Counted from the first letter of the stretch, positions 10,715 through 22,546 are shown. The stretch is DNA of 64,000 bases from an uncultured Acidobacteriota bacterium (GCA_963777605.1 CAVZRV010000015.1:160284-224283), one strand, 5' to 3'. The notes: generated from the sequence alone by a model not told the origin. A program made the numbers and translations.

Positions 10715-12378
10715 CTACCGATTGTCTCCCAGCGAACCACCACGAACCAGGTCCACCGCAAACAGGATCTCGGCGTCCTGCGAGAAATGGTACTGCTGGA
10801 AATCCTTCCACGAGAGGCTATAGTCGGGCTGGAAGATCCTCCCTCGCTCCGGGTCGCCCGGGAACGACATCTGGTAATGGTTCGAGATGCTCCCCTTGAG
10901 TCCCGACCCGGGCAGAACAAAGGGAGTACTCTCAATCGGCCCGTTGCCCGACTGGCGGGGCGGCACCCCGACAAACTTGACACCTTTGTCCATCTCCCAC
11001 AGGTAGAAGCACAGTGTGAAAGCCGCACTGTTGGTGCCGGGGGAGGTTAAGACAACAACGGATTTTGGAGTGTAGACTGCTTGACCATTTAGATCTTCTA
11101 CAAACTTGAGACAGTGAAACTCATTCTCCTTTAGGAACTTCAAGTGAAGCTCCCGGTTTTCCTCGGCGGTGCGTTCGCTGTCCCGATCATCCTTGTCCAT
11201 GGAAAGAATGTAGTCCCCAATCCGATGATCGGTTCCGTTCCTCTTGTTGTAGTCGTCCAGTGAGACCGAATTCTTGGCCAGGTACAACTCGGACAGTACG
11301 AGGACATCGTAAGCTTGGGTGGGGGTTCCGAAGTAGTCGTCGCCGTAGAGCATGTAGAGCAGAGGGATGGCTACAAATGAGTATCCTCCACGATTGTCTC
11401 GAAGATCGAGGATGAGAGTGGACGAACCAGCCTCCTTCATTTCAATCAACATTCGTCTAAAAGTCTCGGTCAGGTAAGGTATTTTGGCGAGTTCCCGTCG
11501 TTGGTCATAGGGCGGCTTCAGATTCGGGTAGTATCGCGAGAGGATCTGCCGCCCCACTCCTCCAGGTAGGGATGCTTCCACCTCTCGATGGCCTCGATAA
11601 CCTCTTGCGAGAACATTTCGTGGAGAGTGAAACAAGCAACCTCCCTTTGGGGCCCCAGGAACTGGTAGTGAAACACGCCATCCCCACCAACGACGGCCGC
11701 GGCATTCTCGTCGCTGCTCCAGGTCGGCGTTTCCGTTTTCTCCGACGGGAAGCCACGTCATTTCCCGTGAGAATTGCTCACCCTCTGGATTCACGACATC
11801 CAGTCGGCACTTGGGGTTCGCAGAAGGGAAGATTGAATCCAGACGGCGTTCTCCGGAGAGACCTTCTTTCAAATGGAAGTAGGCGCCGTAAGGATTCTCA
11901 CAGGATGCCACCTCCTGGACCCTTTTCAAGATCGCGGGAATCCCTTCTCCGTTGATTGCGACGATTCTGGAGCCAACCAAGTCTTCTTTGCCTTTCACAG
12001 CATTCCGTATCAGGAGTCCATCCGAGGCAATCGTCAACCGGATTGGCAGAGTGCGGGTCGCTCCCTGGTCCCGCTGACCCTGGTCCCGCTCCATGTAGGT
12101 GTGCCCGTCGTGGAGGCGTGCAAGGAAGCTGGAAAGCGCATTCCTGAACTCAGCCCTGGACATACCTTCCTCCGGAAGACTTTCCAGGAGTCGCTGCTCT
12201 TCGAGCTTGAAAAACACCTTCCCCCGAACGGAGAGTAGGGATCTGGATGTGATTTCTCCAGGAGATTCGTCAGGTGGTTAGCATCCGCCCTTAACACATC
12301 CAAGGGAAGCGACTCTTCCGCCGGGAGTGCAACCACCGGAAATATGAGAACGATTGCAAACGGACTGATCAGGACCAT
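10715..12378 (-). CDS. S41-family peptidase, exported, frameshifted (about 12220 and 11550-11750)
   Basis: Signal peptide plus HPDPY, LARLHDGHT, PDZ-like IVAING, LILDLRDNRGG, TNSAA, FQPDY. Confidence 0.8.
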
Positions 12379-12494
12379 TTCCGCCTCCCTAATCAATTAG
12401 CGCAGGGATTCCGGCGATTCCCAAAACCCCAGCCTTCCCCCCGAAAGACCCTAACGAAAGGTTTTTGGCCAATAATTGTTCGGGTCGAGTTGAC

Positions 12495-13653
12495 TCACTG
12501 GATCGCCTTCTGCTCGAGGGCGAAGCGGATCATGCTCTCGTACAGCGTGAGTTGGATGTCGAGAATCTGCGTGAGATCGACATGGCAACTCGTGTCATCG
12601 ACCAGGCCATGAGGGCACTCGAACGTGAAACTCGGGGCCCCGCTGATGTGGTAGAGCGCGCTGACCAGGTTGAAAGGGGCTGTCGTCTCTCCGCCCTCCT
12701 CGCCGACCTTGAACACCCCGGAGCGGGGAAGGCCCCGACTTTCGAGGGCAGCATAGACCTTCGTCGCCAGGTTCCCTCACCCAGTTCTGTGCGTCCATCG
12801 ACTCGTACGCCGGCCTCAGGACTGCGGGGTTGTTCTCGTGACTGTGGAGCGATACCGCCAGGTCCGGGCCTTCGTCCCGGGCCAGTCTCAGGATCGCCGG
12901 CGCCTCGGGCCCCATCGGTGCCAGAAACTCGTCATGCATCGGGTTGATCCCACTGTCGTCAAAGTAGCAGCCGACAAACCCGACCCGGTCTCCCCTCATG
13001 GGATGAAGACGTTTAACCTGCGGCCAGTCGCAGAAGGTCCCGTCCTTCCAGGTTCCCTGACCCCAGAACCGGAGGTCGTCGCCGGTCATTCCCTGGAGAG
13101 CGCGTGGTTCGAAACGGGCAATCCCATCCGGGTTGCCGGCAGGAATGATGAGCAGGCGGCACTGGCGGGCCAGGCTCATCAACTCCACGTGCTTTCTCCC
13201 CGCGAGGTCGAAGCCGGTTTCCACGATCTGGATCAGGTTCGCCAGTCCGGTCAACCCCTCGACCTCCTGGCCGTGGACGGGTCCGACAAACAGAATGACC
13301 GGCCGGGACCGTGCTTTCTTATCCATGTAGGCTGAAGGATCTCTCCCGCCGACAGCAGAGTTGAAGTTGGCGTGAGACGGAAGATATTCCCGTTCCCCAA
13401 AGCTCACCAGCTGAATCGGCCGGCCACCCGGAGAAACGCCGATAACCGTCGCCGTCGCCGTCTTGAGCTCGTCGAATCGCTCCTTCAGCCCCTGAACGTC
13501 GCCGACCCAAAACTCCGGCAACTGGCGATCCGGAATCCGGGAACGGGCCTGCTGCAAAGTCATGCCGGGACCGGGCGGTGCCGCAAAGATGCCAAGACAG
13601 GAACAAAGCAGGACAAAAACCGAGAGCGTGCACCAACCAACAAGGCATTTCAT
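12495..13653 (-). CDS. M14 zinc carboxypeptidase-family protein, exported, C-terminal frameshift
   Basis: SPGGRPI, VHGQEVEG (HxxE), NPDG, SLHSH; C-terminal SFTFECP in ORF 12495-12716. Confidence 0.8.
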
Positions 13654-13774
13654 TGTGAGCTCCTGTATTCGACGACCTCCCAGGTTGTCTCGAAGATTCG
13701 TTCGCACGGTGAAACCTTGCCCGACGAATCCGGGGCGCGACTTGGCCTTACCTTCGGCTCTGAGTCCGGCATCC

Positions 13775-15122
13775 TCATTCTCGCTTCCCGCTTCTCGATT
13801 CACGATTCCCCTTCAGCGAATAGAGCAATTGGAGAGCTTCTTTCGCGACCACCTCGGCTGCTCCCGGGGCGAACGGGCTCGCCTCGATTTCGTAGCCGCC
13901 CTCTTTGTACAGTTCGAGGGGAGGCAGGTAGCCGCTGGCCCCGTTGCAGTGCGTGACAACCCAGGTGTAGGGGAAAGGCGAACCTTTCTTGATCCGCAGA
14001 CCGACGGCGGTAAGGACTTCGGCACTGATTCCCACCAGCCCCACGTCGCCGATCCGGGCAGCGCTGATCGAAATCTCCACCGGAGGCGGGGGAGAGTCAC
14101 CACCATTGGCCGATCCAGCCTGGCCGCGCATCTTCCCGGGAAGCTCGATGGTCTTTCTTGCACTGCGAATCTTTACCGAGTCAGCGAAGTCCTCAATTGA
14201 ATCTCCCACATGAACGACCTCGGTGCCCAAGAGGGTCCCCAGCAGCTCCGTCTCGGGCGTGAAGCCCTTCTCGGCCCTGAAGCCGGGCAGAACCCGGTAC
14301 CAGGGATCGATGTCCCCGGACGCCCCGACGAACATGGACGAAACCACTCCAGCGCCGACGAAACCCTCCAGGAAGCGGTTTGCCCGCCCCACGAGATCCC
14401 CGCTGACAAGCAGGTTCCTGGCCCCGAGGGAGGTGGCGTGAGTGGCATAGTTGTAGAGCAGCCCCGCAGGTTGCCCGTCCTCACGGACAACCTTCATCAC
14501 GAAGACTTCCGGGTCATGGATCCCGAGGGGGTTGCGTCCGAGAACGACTTTTCCCTCGGGAGTGGTCTCCCGACGATTGACGCCAACCGGGCTCGATCCT
14601 CTTCCAAGGCCGATCCGAGCGGGCTTCAGGTCCGCCAGGGCGAGGCGAACCGCCTCGATGATCCGGTCGCCCAGCCAAACCGTGTATCTGCGGTTCGGGG
14701 AATCGGTGTTCCCGGCGCTCTTCCAGAGCGGTTTCGGTGCCGAGTGAGTGTGAATCGCCGCCAGGAACAGCTGCCGGTCGTCGATCCCCAACTCGTCGGC
14801 AAGGCGCTTTTGGTAGAGTTCGTAGCTGCCGTCGTAGAACCCGAGCGTATCCGTGGCCACCAACACGAGCCGGTCCTGCCCGCTTTCAAAAACGGAAGCC
14901 CGGACATAGAGCGGGTCGTGAACGCCGGCCGAAAGCGCGGTTCGGCTGGCGTACCCGGCCAGGACGACCGGTTCCTCCGGAGTGATCTCCAGCTCGGGAA
15001 AACCCGGCTTTCAGCTCTCCCTGGCCGGCGGCGAACAGGCCGGTCGAAAGTGCAACCACGGCAGCAGAAATGCCAGCGAGCTGCAAGAAGCGACGCAAAA
15101 CATGATTTGATCGGTCAAACAT
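13775..15122 (-). CDS. Neutral/alkaline ceramidase N-terminal-domain family protein, frameshifts about 14880-14990
   Basis: AIHTHSAP, GVNRR, NYATHAT, GASGDIDP, GYLP...GGYE. N-terminal fragment 14886-15122 carries an RRFLQ leader and LKAGFSR. Confidence 0.8.
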
Positions 15123-15189
15123 TGTGCTCCTCCAATTCGGGGGAGATCGTACCGATGGGACGAATAGGACGGCTTCTTATCCCGATCGA

Positions 15190-17283
15190 CTACTCCCCCA
15201 CCCTCGAAACACCCTCCATCACTGAATACCCCGTCGGCCTGAAGATCTCCACGCGAACTTCCCGGAGCTCATCGAAAGACTCCCATGAGACTGCTTCCCG
15301 ATGCACCGTCCCCGGCACCAGATCGGGCAGCAGCACCTTCCCGGATGCGATCGGTTGTCTGAAATCGTTATTGGCCTGCCAAACCAATGTGTAGCCACGA
15401 AGCGTGTAGGCAGGAAGATCGGTCTTCAGATCCCGGGTTGAGATCTCCACCACCGACCGGGTCATCCCGTTCGCGTTCCTGGGCGGCCCGACCCGAATCC
15501 GTTTGACGGGCGAGCACTCCCGTCTCAAGGCCTCATACGACGGCTTGCGTCGACCCAGCAAATCGACCACCCCGTGCACTCGCTGTTGGAACGATCCTTT
15601 CCCCTTGTCGCCGATGTGAGTCCGGTAGTCGTTGTAGTCGAAGAAAATCGCCCCGGCCACGTTCGGTGCCTTCCGATACCGGTCAGTGTGGGTGCGAAGA
15701 ATCTCGATTCGGCGGGGATCGCCTGAGGGGTTGCGCGGGTCACACTCGCAGAGACCGTACTCCGAAATCACCAGAGACTTGTCGGGGAAGGCCTCCCTGA
15801 TTTGAACCAGGTTCTGTTCGAGGTCGTTCAGGTCGCCCCGATACCAGGATTCCCAGTAGTCATTCCACTCGATGAAATCAACCAGCCCGGATGCATCTTC
15901 CCCGGGATGCGACTGGAGCGAGTTCGAAGCCCAGGTCAAAAGGCGGGTCGAGTCCAGGCGCCGCCCCAACTCCATCCCGCGACGCACGAACTGGTGCGCC
16001 TTTTCGCTCTGCCCGCCGATTTCGTTACAGAGTCCCCAGGCGTAGATCGAGGGGTGGTTGAAGTGAGCTCGCACCATCTCCTCCATCTGCATTGCCTGCA
16101 CCCCGGCCAGTTGTCCATCCATCGTGCGGGAACCCCAGGCCGGGATCTCTTCCTGGATCAGCAATCCCTCCCGGTCGCCGAACTGGAAGACAAAATCGTC
16201 CTGCTGCCAGTGAAACCGGGTCAGGATCACGTTCAGCGCTTTCATATCGCGCAGAATCTGCCGTGTGACTTCACTCGGCTCGGCCATCCCGTAGCGGGGA
16301 TCGCTTCCCGGCATCCATTCCACACCCATCAGACGCATCGGTTCGCCGTTGAGGTAGTAGAACCCGTTCTTGACCTCAACCTTCCGGATGCCGAATTCGG
16401 CTTCGCGCCGGTCCAGAACGGCACCGTCCCGCACGAGCAGGCAGACGGCGCGATAAAGCGCGGGGGCATCGAAATGCCAGAGCGTCGGGCGGTCCACGTC
16501 CAGCTTCAGTCTAACTTCGACGCCATCCGGGTGGCCTCCATTGTCGCGACGGACGCCAGGGCCAGACTTGATCGATCCCACAAGACGGCCGAGCGGATCG
16601 TAAACCAAGCCTTCGACGACTGCCGCGGAAACGCCCGGCTCCTGGTGAACCCGCAGATCGATCTCGACCGTAGCGCGGTCAAAACCCGGCGATAGCCGGG
16701 AGGAGACTTGCAGCCTTTCAAGGCGCGTCACAGGCAGGGCACGGACCCGGGCGCTTCGAATAATCCCGCCGTCGCCCGCCCAATCAAATGAGTCCTCATA
16801 AGGAAGAGCGGCCGGCGAGAATCGATTGTCTACCCGGACCACTACCTCGTTCGGCGCATCGAAATTCCAGCCTTGGCGCAACGAAAACGAAAAGGCGGTC
16901 CAGCCGCTCCCCAGGTGGGAGCCCACTTCTGTACCGTTGAGCCAAACGGTGCAGTCACGGTAGACCGCATCGAACTCGATTCGGAGATCGCTTCCCTTCC
17001 ACCCCGTAGGAGAGTGAACCTCTCGCGCATACCACGCCACACCGCGGTAGTCTTCGTTGCCGACCTCCACCTGCCAGGTGTGCGGAACCGCCACCGTTCT
17101 CCACCCGCTTCGATCCGCGGCCGGCTCGAACCATCCTTTGCGTGCGCCGACGTCATCACGATCAAGCCGAAAGAGCCAGCCGCCGTCAAGCGAAACGGTA
17201 TCACCCGGAGTCGTGGCCCCGACCGAAAGGACCATCCAGACTAAGACAGCGACCCAAATCGGAGCCTTCTGCAAACGGGTCAT
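15190..17283 (-). CDS. Glycoside hydrolase family 2, exported
   Basis: SLDGGWLF, VPHTW, YRGVAWY, GGIIRS, FGIRKV, FNHPSIYAWGLCNE (acid/base), ISEYG (nucleophile). Confidence 0.9.
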   Translation of the reverse strand: MTRLQKAPIWVAVLVWMVLSVGATTPGDTVSLDGGWLFRLDRDDVGARKGWFEPAADRSGWRTVAVPHTWQVEVGNEDYRGVAWYAREVHSPTGWKGSDLRIEFDAVYRDCTVWLNGTEVGSHLGSGWTAFSFSLRQGWNFDAPNEVVVRVDNRFSPAALPYEDSFDWAGDGGIIRSARVRALPVTRLERLQVSSRLSPGFDRATVEIDLRVHQEPGVSAAVVEGLVYDPLGRLVGSIKSGPGVRRDNGGHPDGVEVRLKLDVDRPTLWHFDAPALYRAVCLLVRDGAVLDRREAEFGIRKVEVKNGFYYLNGEPMRLMGVEWMPGSDPRYGMAEPSEVTRQILRDMKALNVILTRFHWQQDDFVFQFGDREGLLIQEEIPAWGSRTMDGQLAGVQAMQMEEMVRAHFNHPSIYAWGLCNEIGGQSEKAHQFVRRGMELGRRLDSTRLLTWASNSLQSHPGEDASGLVDFIEWNDYWESWYRGDLNDLEQNLVQIREAFPDKSLVISEYGLCECDPRNPSGDPRRIEILRTHTDRYRKAPNVAGAIFFDYNDYRTHIGDKGKGSFQQRVHGVVDLLGRRKPSYEALRRECSPVKRIRVGPPRNANGMTRSVVEISTRDLKTDLPAYTLRGYTLVWQANNDFRQPIASGKVLLPDLVPGTVHREAVSWESFDELREVRVEIFRPTGYSVMEGVSRVGE

Positions 17284-17339
17284 TCTGCCGATCATTCCGC
17301 CTCTCAGCAGCCAGCTTCGCGACGCCGGCTTCGATTCAC

Positions 17340-18470
17340 CTACCATCCATAGGCAGTCTTCATGATGGTGAAGAGATGGGTGTTCAGGAATGCTCCGTGG
17401 ACCTGCTCGGAACCCGGACCGGTGGCCGCAGCGATCACCTCTTCCGCAGTGTGCGTGCCCTCAATTTCAATAAAGTCGTCCACCGTTTCCCCGACCGGCC
17501 CGTTTGGCAATCGGAGCCCATAGGAGTGGTCCGCCGTCACAAGAACCAGAGTATCGGTGCCTTCAACCTTTTCGACAGTACTCCGAATGATTCGATCCAT
17601 TTTGACGGCATTGTCAAGGGTCGCTTTCACGTCGGTCGAGTGGTTGTTCGACTCGATCATGAGAAAGAACCCTTTCGGGTTGCGCGAGAGGATTTCCAGC
17701 GCCTTCGCGGCCGATACCGCGAGATCGTATTCCTGGTCCTCCCCGTAGAGGGCGACCAGGCGGGACGCCGACTGCGCTTCGTTCTCCATCGCGTCCTCGG
17801 AGTCAACAAAGGCATATCCAGCCGAACGAAGTCCGCCCGCCAGGTCAACACCCAGTTCTCCGGTCTTCTCCATAATCGCATCCCGGCCCGGACCAATCAC
17901 TACATCGACGCCGTCCCCAAACCGCGGCGTGAGGACCTGGGCAAAGATTTCGCCCGTCTTGCCCCGGTCGTTGGAATGGGCGTAACAGGCCGCTGGAGTG
18001 GCATCAGCCATGGGTGAATTGGAAACCACCCCGGTCGATAACCCGCGCTCTTCCGCATACTCCAGGATCGTCTTCAAGAGAGGTCCGTCAACTTCTCCCC
18101 GCACTGCTTCGGGCCCCTGTGAGATGACCCCGTTTCCCGTCCGGGTTCCGGTGACGATAGCCGTCATGCCGGCGGCCGAGTCATTGACCCAGTTGTCCGC
18201 GGCCGAACACTCCGAGAGGGCGATGTATGGCAACTGGTAAAGAAAAAGCTTCTGCGGTTCGCCATAGGCGTGAATGCTGGCCGCGTTGAGTGTCGGGATC
18301 CCGGTCCCGTCGGCAAGGAACAGGATGACGTTCTTCGCTCGGGGAACCGGCTTGACCTGGTCGGCGGCAGGTTCGGTTCGGCCTCCGCAGGCTGAAATGA
18401 GAATCAGACAGAGCACGGCGAAAAGTCGATGGATCATGGGCACTTTCCTGTTAGGGGTTGAATGGTTCAT
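17340..18470 (-). CDS. Alkaline phosphatase, lipoprotein
   Basis: LISAC lipobox, NVILFLADG, DSAA catalytic Ser, ATPA, GFFLMIE, VTADH, GTHT. Confidence 0.9.
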   Translation of the reverse strand: MNHSTPNRKVPMIHRLFAVLCLILISACGGRTEPAADQVKPVPRAKNVILFLADGTGIPTLNAASIHAYGEPQKLFLYQLPYIALSECSAADNWVNDSAAGMTAIVTGTRTGNGVISQGPEAVRGEVDGPLLKTILEYAEERGLSTGVVSNSPMADATPAACYAHSNDRGKTGEIFAQVLTPRFGDGVDVVIGPGRDAIMEKTGELGVDLAGGLRSAGYAFVDSEDAMENEAQSASRLVALYGEDQEYDLAVSAAKALEILSRNPKGFFLMIESNNHSTDVKATLDNAVKMDRIIRSTVEKVEGTDTLVLVTADHSYGLRLPNGPVGETVDDFIEIEGTHTAEEVIAAATGPGSEQVHGAFLNTHLFTIMKTAYGW

Positions 18471-19558
18471 TCCGACAACGCCGCCTGAAGCATTGCTTTG
18501 GTGTAGGCCACGTTGTAGACAAGCCCGGTGTAGCCTCCTCCACCGGGGTAGTAAGGCTTGAATCCAGCCGCTTCGCGATCGGCATCCAGCGCCCGCGGGT
18601 GTTCAGGATAGAGTGCCATCGAATAGCGCTGCCGGACGAGTTCCTTCATCACCGCGAACAGATCGACCTGGCCTTCGTCGAGGAAAACCTCGGTATAGTC
18701 CACCGAGGGTTTCCGGACCCGGACGTTCCGATAGTGAACGTGATTGATCCGGTCCCGCTCGCCGAAGTAACGGCAGACAGCCACCGGATCCTCCCCGATT
18801 TCACGGGTGACGCCACAGTCGTAGGTGATCCCGTTGGCGGGGCTGTCAACGATCTCAATCAGTCGTTTCCAACCGTCGAGCGTCGCCATGATCTGTTCCG
18901 ATCCGCGACTGAGCGGCACGGGAGGATCGTTGGGATGGAGAGCCAGACGGACGCCCGATTCTTCGGCGACGGGAACGACCGCCCTGAGAAAGTAGGTGAT
19001 GTGATCCCAGAGCTGTTCGAGCGCGTAGGTTCCGATGTCCGGCAGTGGAGGCAGGTTCCGGGATCGCTCGTAGTCGTAGCCGGTCATCCCTGCGCCGCCC
19101 CGGCCTTCCAACTCATAGTAGCCTTCGGTCAGGCGGTAGGCGTAGAAGTTGTACTCGATTACCGGCAGGCCAACCTTACCCGCCGCGCGGATCGACTGTC
19201 TCACCTTCTCGATCTCTTCGTCACGACCCGGCCGGCCGTAAATGACATTCGGGAATCCCCCGATCATCATGTTCACGATTTCCAGACCGTGTTCCCGGAA
19301 GTGATCCATCCGGGCACGCAGGTCAGGTTCCGTCCACGGAATTTGAGGACCCCCCATCAAGACCGTCCCCACTCCGATCTGCTTCAGCTTGCGCATCTCG
19401 CGCTCTTCGGCCTGGGAACCCAACCCGAGGCAGAGTCGTGGAGTGCCCTTTCCCTCTTCCGGGGGCCAGGGACGAAGGGAAGCGTTTGCCAGGGCCGGGG
19501 ACAAAACCATCGCTCCGGCAGCCTGAATTAAGTTTCTTCGAGACAGATTGGGTGCCAT
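18467..19558 (-). CDS. Mannonate dehydratase (UxuA)-like protein with Tat leader
   Basis: SRRNLIQ, RDEEIEK, IEYNF, VVPVAEESGVRLALHPNDPP, HVHYRNV, LYPEH; RBS AAGGAG. Confidence 0.85.
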   Translation of the reverse strand: MAPNLSRRNLIQAAGAMVLSPALANASLRPWPPEEGKGTPRLCLGLGSQAEEREMRKLKQIGVGTVLMGGPQIPWTEPDLRARMDHFREHGLEIVNMMIGGFPNVIYGRPGRDEEIEKVRQSIRAAGKVGLPVIEYNFYAYRLTEGYYELEGRGGAGMTGYDYERSRNLPPLPDIGTYALEQLWDHITYFLRAVVPVAEESGVRLALHPNDPPVPLSRGSEQIMATLDGWKRLIEIVDSPANGITYDCGVTREIGEDPVAVCRYFGERDRINHVHYRNVRVRKPSVDYTEVFLDEGQVDLFAVMKELVRQRYSMALYPEHPRALDADREAAGFKPYYPGGGGYTGLVYNVAYTKAMLQAALSE

Positions 19559-19642
19559 GGCCGAACTCCTTGGTCTGTTCCGGGACCGCCTGTGATTACA
19601 CCATTCCGTGCCCGGATCGGCAAGACCGCCATCCATAACCCG

Positions 19643-20911
19643 CTACCAGGACACTGGGCCTCTTCGAAACGGCATCGTCATGCAGCGGCAGCCGCCCCCG
19701 CCCCTGGCCAGTTCTGATCCGTCAATCGTGACTGCGAAGCGGGCGTAGTCCTCCGGATCGACGTTGCCCGCGATGATCTCCTTCGCGGTGAGGATCTCGA
19801 ACCCATCCTGGTTCAGCGCGTCCAGCGTGAGCCGGTTTCGACCGTAACCGATTATCCGGCCGGGCGCCAGGGCCAGAAAATTAGCGCCGCTGTGCCACTG
19901 TTCCCGTTCCTGGACCCAGCTGTCGGTCTTGCCCCCACAGTAGATCGGGCGGGCATCGATGCCCAGGTTTCGAAGCGCGTGCAGAAGGTCCAGTTCCTCG
20001 TAAATCGAGGTGACCCGTCCGGCGTCAACAACGATGTGGACGGTTTGGAAATCGTGACGGTTGAGGATCACGGGGGGATAGACCATGCAGGTGTCCACGT
20101 CGAGAAAAGTAAACACCATGTCGAGGTGGATGAACGACTCGGGATGGTCCGGCAGTTGCTGGACCAGAACGTGGGTCGTCCGCTTCCTCTTCTTGAGCTC
20201 CTCCAACAGGTGATCGACTCCCCGAGTTGACGTGCGGGCACCGTTTCCGACCAGGAGAACATCCTCCCGGGCGACCAGGAAGTCGCCCCCTTCGAAGCTG
20301 AGTCTCCGGTCCTGGCGCCCCTGTGGACTGATAGGAATCGTCGGGGTCTTCAACTCGGGATGGCATTCGAAGATGCACCGCATGATAATCGCTTCGCGTT
20401 CTCGAACCTTGCTGGCGAGCGCCGAGATGATCACTTCGTCGTGCAATGTAATGGCTGCATCCCGAGTGAAGAAGAAGTTGTGGAGTGGCTGCAGCAGGTA
20501 ACGTTCGTCACTGAGGAACCGGGTGAGGTTGTCCTTGGGCAGCGGAACTCCTTCCAGGAGTTGGCGGGTCAGTTCTTCCGGCGGAAGCCCGCGCAGTTGA
20601 TCCCCGAGGATGAAGACTTCCTCGTTTTCGCAAATCCGGTCTACCAGCGTATCCCGCGCAGCCCCGTCTGCGAGGACTTCCCCGAGAAGATCCCGCACTT
20701 CGAACGTCCTCGCGAAGCGCCTCAGGATGCTTCGAAACTGATTGTACTCATCCGAAACCACGGACAGGTTCAGGATGTCACTGTAGAGCGCACGCTCGGC
20801 ATTCTGGGGCGTCATGTTCTCAACTTCCCGACCCGGTGTGTGGATGATCACCGCCTCGAGTCCTCCGATCTCAGAGGTCACCCCGGCTTGAAACTTGCTC
20901 TGCATACGCAC
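19643..20911 (-). CDS. arcA: Arginine deiminase
   Basis: VTSEIG, HTPGRE, NFFFTRD, FEGGD, FIHLD, REQW..GAN, GSELARGGGGCRCMTMP. Confidence 0.92.
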   Translation of the reverse strand: MRMQSKFQAGVTSEIGGLEAVIIHTPGREVENMTPQNAERALYSDILNLSVVSDEYNQFRSILRRFARTFEVRDLLGEVLADGAARDTLVDRICENEEVFILGDQLRGLPPEELTRQLLEGVPLPKDNLTRFLSDERYLLQPLHNFFFTRDAAITLHDEVIISALASKVREREAIIMRCIFECHPELKTPTIPISPQGRQDRRLSFEGGDFLVAREDVLLVGNGARTSTRGVDHLLEELKKRKRTTHVLVQQLPDHPESFIHLDMVFTFLDVDTCMVYPPVILNRHDFQTVHIVVDAGRVTSIYEELDLLHALRNLGIDARPIYCGGKTDSWVQEREQWHSGANFLALAPGRIIGYGRNRLTLDALNQDGFEILTAKEIIAGNVDPEDYARFAVTIDGSELARGGGGCRCMTMPFRRGPVSW

Positions 20912-21089
20912 TCCTTCCCCTGAACCGATCGACCCGGGAGAGGTCCCGCGTCACCCATATTCTAGGTGATACCGTTCCAGAGAGTAGACCGAACCCGGCG
21001 GTGAAATCTATACTCAGGAATGTTCGATCGGTATCTAGAGAACAGTTGTCGTGGCGATCCCCTCGACGCCAGCAGCACGGGAGCCGGAC

Positions 21090-22250
21090 ATGATCCAAAC
21101 GACCCGCCGGACCTTCTTGAATGGTGCATTGACGGCTATAACGACGTTCGCCTCGGTTCGCGCCCTTCCACGTCCTCCGGGCGCCCCCGCGGAACCCTAC
21201 AATCCCCTGCCCCGTTGGAGAGGATTCAACCTGCTCGACTATTTCACTCCGGCTCCCCCGAAAGAGGGTCGCGGCTACAGAACCACTGACGACGACTTCC
21301 GCTGGATGGTCGATTGGGGCTTTGACTTCGTTCGCCTCCCCATGGCCTATCCGCGGTACGTGCGCTTCGACCGATCCCATCCGATCACTCCCGACGGAGT
21401 TCTCACCTTCGATGAGCAGGTGATCGAGGAAATTCAAGAGCTCGTCACCCGGGCGAATCGTCATGGTTTGCACGTCAGCCTGGACCTCCACCGGGCACCG
21501 GGATTCTGCGTGAACGCCGGCTTCCAGGAGCCCTACAACCTCTGGAAAGACGAGGCCGCTCAAGAGGCTTTTTCTGCTCACTGGGAAATGTGGGCGGAAC
21601 GTTTCAAAGAGGTCTCGCCGAAGCTGATCAGCTTCGATCTCGTCAACGAACCCTGCATGCGGGAAGACATGAACGACCAGCATGGAGAGCGGACGCCGGT
21701 TCCGGGTGCGGTCTACCGAAAGGTGGCCAAAGCGACGGCGGAGGCGATCTGGAGTGTCACCCCCGACCGGCTGGTCGTCGCCGACGGAAACGACGTTGGG
21801 TCGTCGCCCATCCCTCAAATCACCGACCTCGAGATCGCCCAGAGCTGTCGCGGCTACTTCCCCCACTACATCTCCCACTACCGCGCCCCCTGGGTATTCA
21901 AGGACCCCGACTCCGCCCCAACGCCTGTCTGGCCCGGTACGATCGACGGAAAGCCCTTCGGACGCCCCCAACTGGAGGAGTTCTATGCCCCCTGGATCGA
22001 GTTGGTCAAACAGGAAATTGGTGTCCACTGCGGCGAATGCGGGTGCTGGAGAGAAACTCCTCATCCGGTCTTCATGGCCTGGTTTGGGGACGTGCTCGAC
22101 ATTTTGACCGAGAACGGGATCGGCTACGCACTTTGGAACTTCAGGGGAGACTTCGGGATCCTGGACTCGGGTCGCAAGGATATCGAATACGAGGACTGGA
22201 ACGGCCACAAGCTGGACCGGGCGCTCCTCAAACTCCTCCAGAAGCACTGA
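21090..22250 (+). CDS. Tat-exported glycoside hydrolase family 5
   Basis: TRRTFL, WRGFNL, GFDFVRLP, LDLHRAPG, DLVNEP, HCGECG, YALWNF. Confidence 0.88.
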   Translation: MIQTTRRTFLNGALTAITTFASVRALPRPPGAPAEPYNPLPRWRGFNLLDYFTPAPPKEGRGYRTTDDDFRWMVDWGFDFVRLPMAYPRYVRFDRSHPITPDGVLTFDEQVIEEIQELVTRANRHGLHVSLDLHRAPGFCVNAGFQEPYNLWKDEAAQEAFSAHWEMWAERFKEVSPKLISFDLVNEPCMREDMNDQHGERTPVPGAVYRKVAKATAEAIWSVTPDRLVVADGNDVGSSPIPQITDLEIAQSCRGYFPHYISHYRAPWVFKDPDSAPTPVWPGTIDGKPFGRPQLEEFYAPWIELVKQEIGVHCGECGCWRETPHPVFMAWFGDVLDILTENGIGYALWNFRGDFGILDSGRKDIEYEDWNGHKLDRALLKLLQKH

Positions 22251-22546
22251 CCCAGTGGTCAGGGGGGCAAGTCGAACAGGATGAATGAAAAATCGGGTCG
22301 TCCGGAAAAGCCTGTTAACCCGAGGCCGGCGAGATCCGGTTCATGCGCGAGAAACTGGATGAGCGGGAGCGCCTCTTCGGGTCGAACTTGACCGGTTTTG
22401 CTCTTTGGATGATTTGTGTGAATCTTGGTGGTGGACTGAAGAGAGACTCAAAACGGATGTCGTCGAATCACCCCGGTTTTCAGCCGGACCGAATTGAGAG
22501 AGACTGTGGCGGTTGAAACCGCCAAACGAACTCGGGAGGTCGAATC

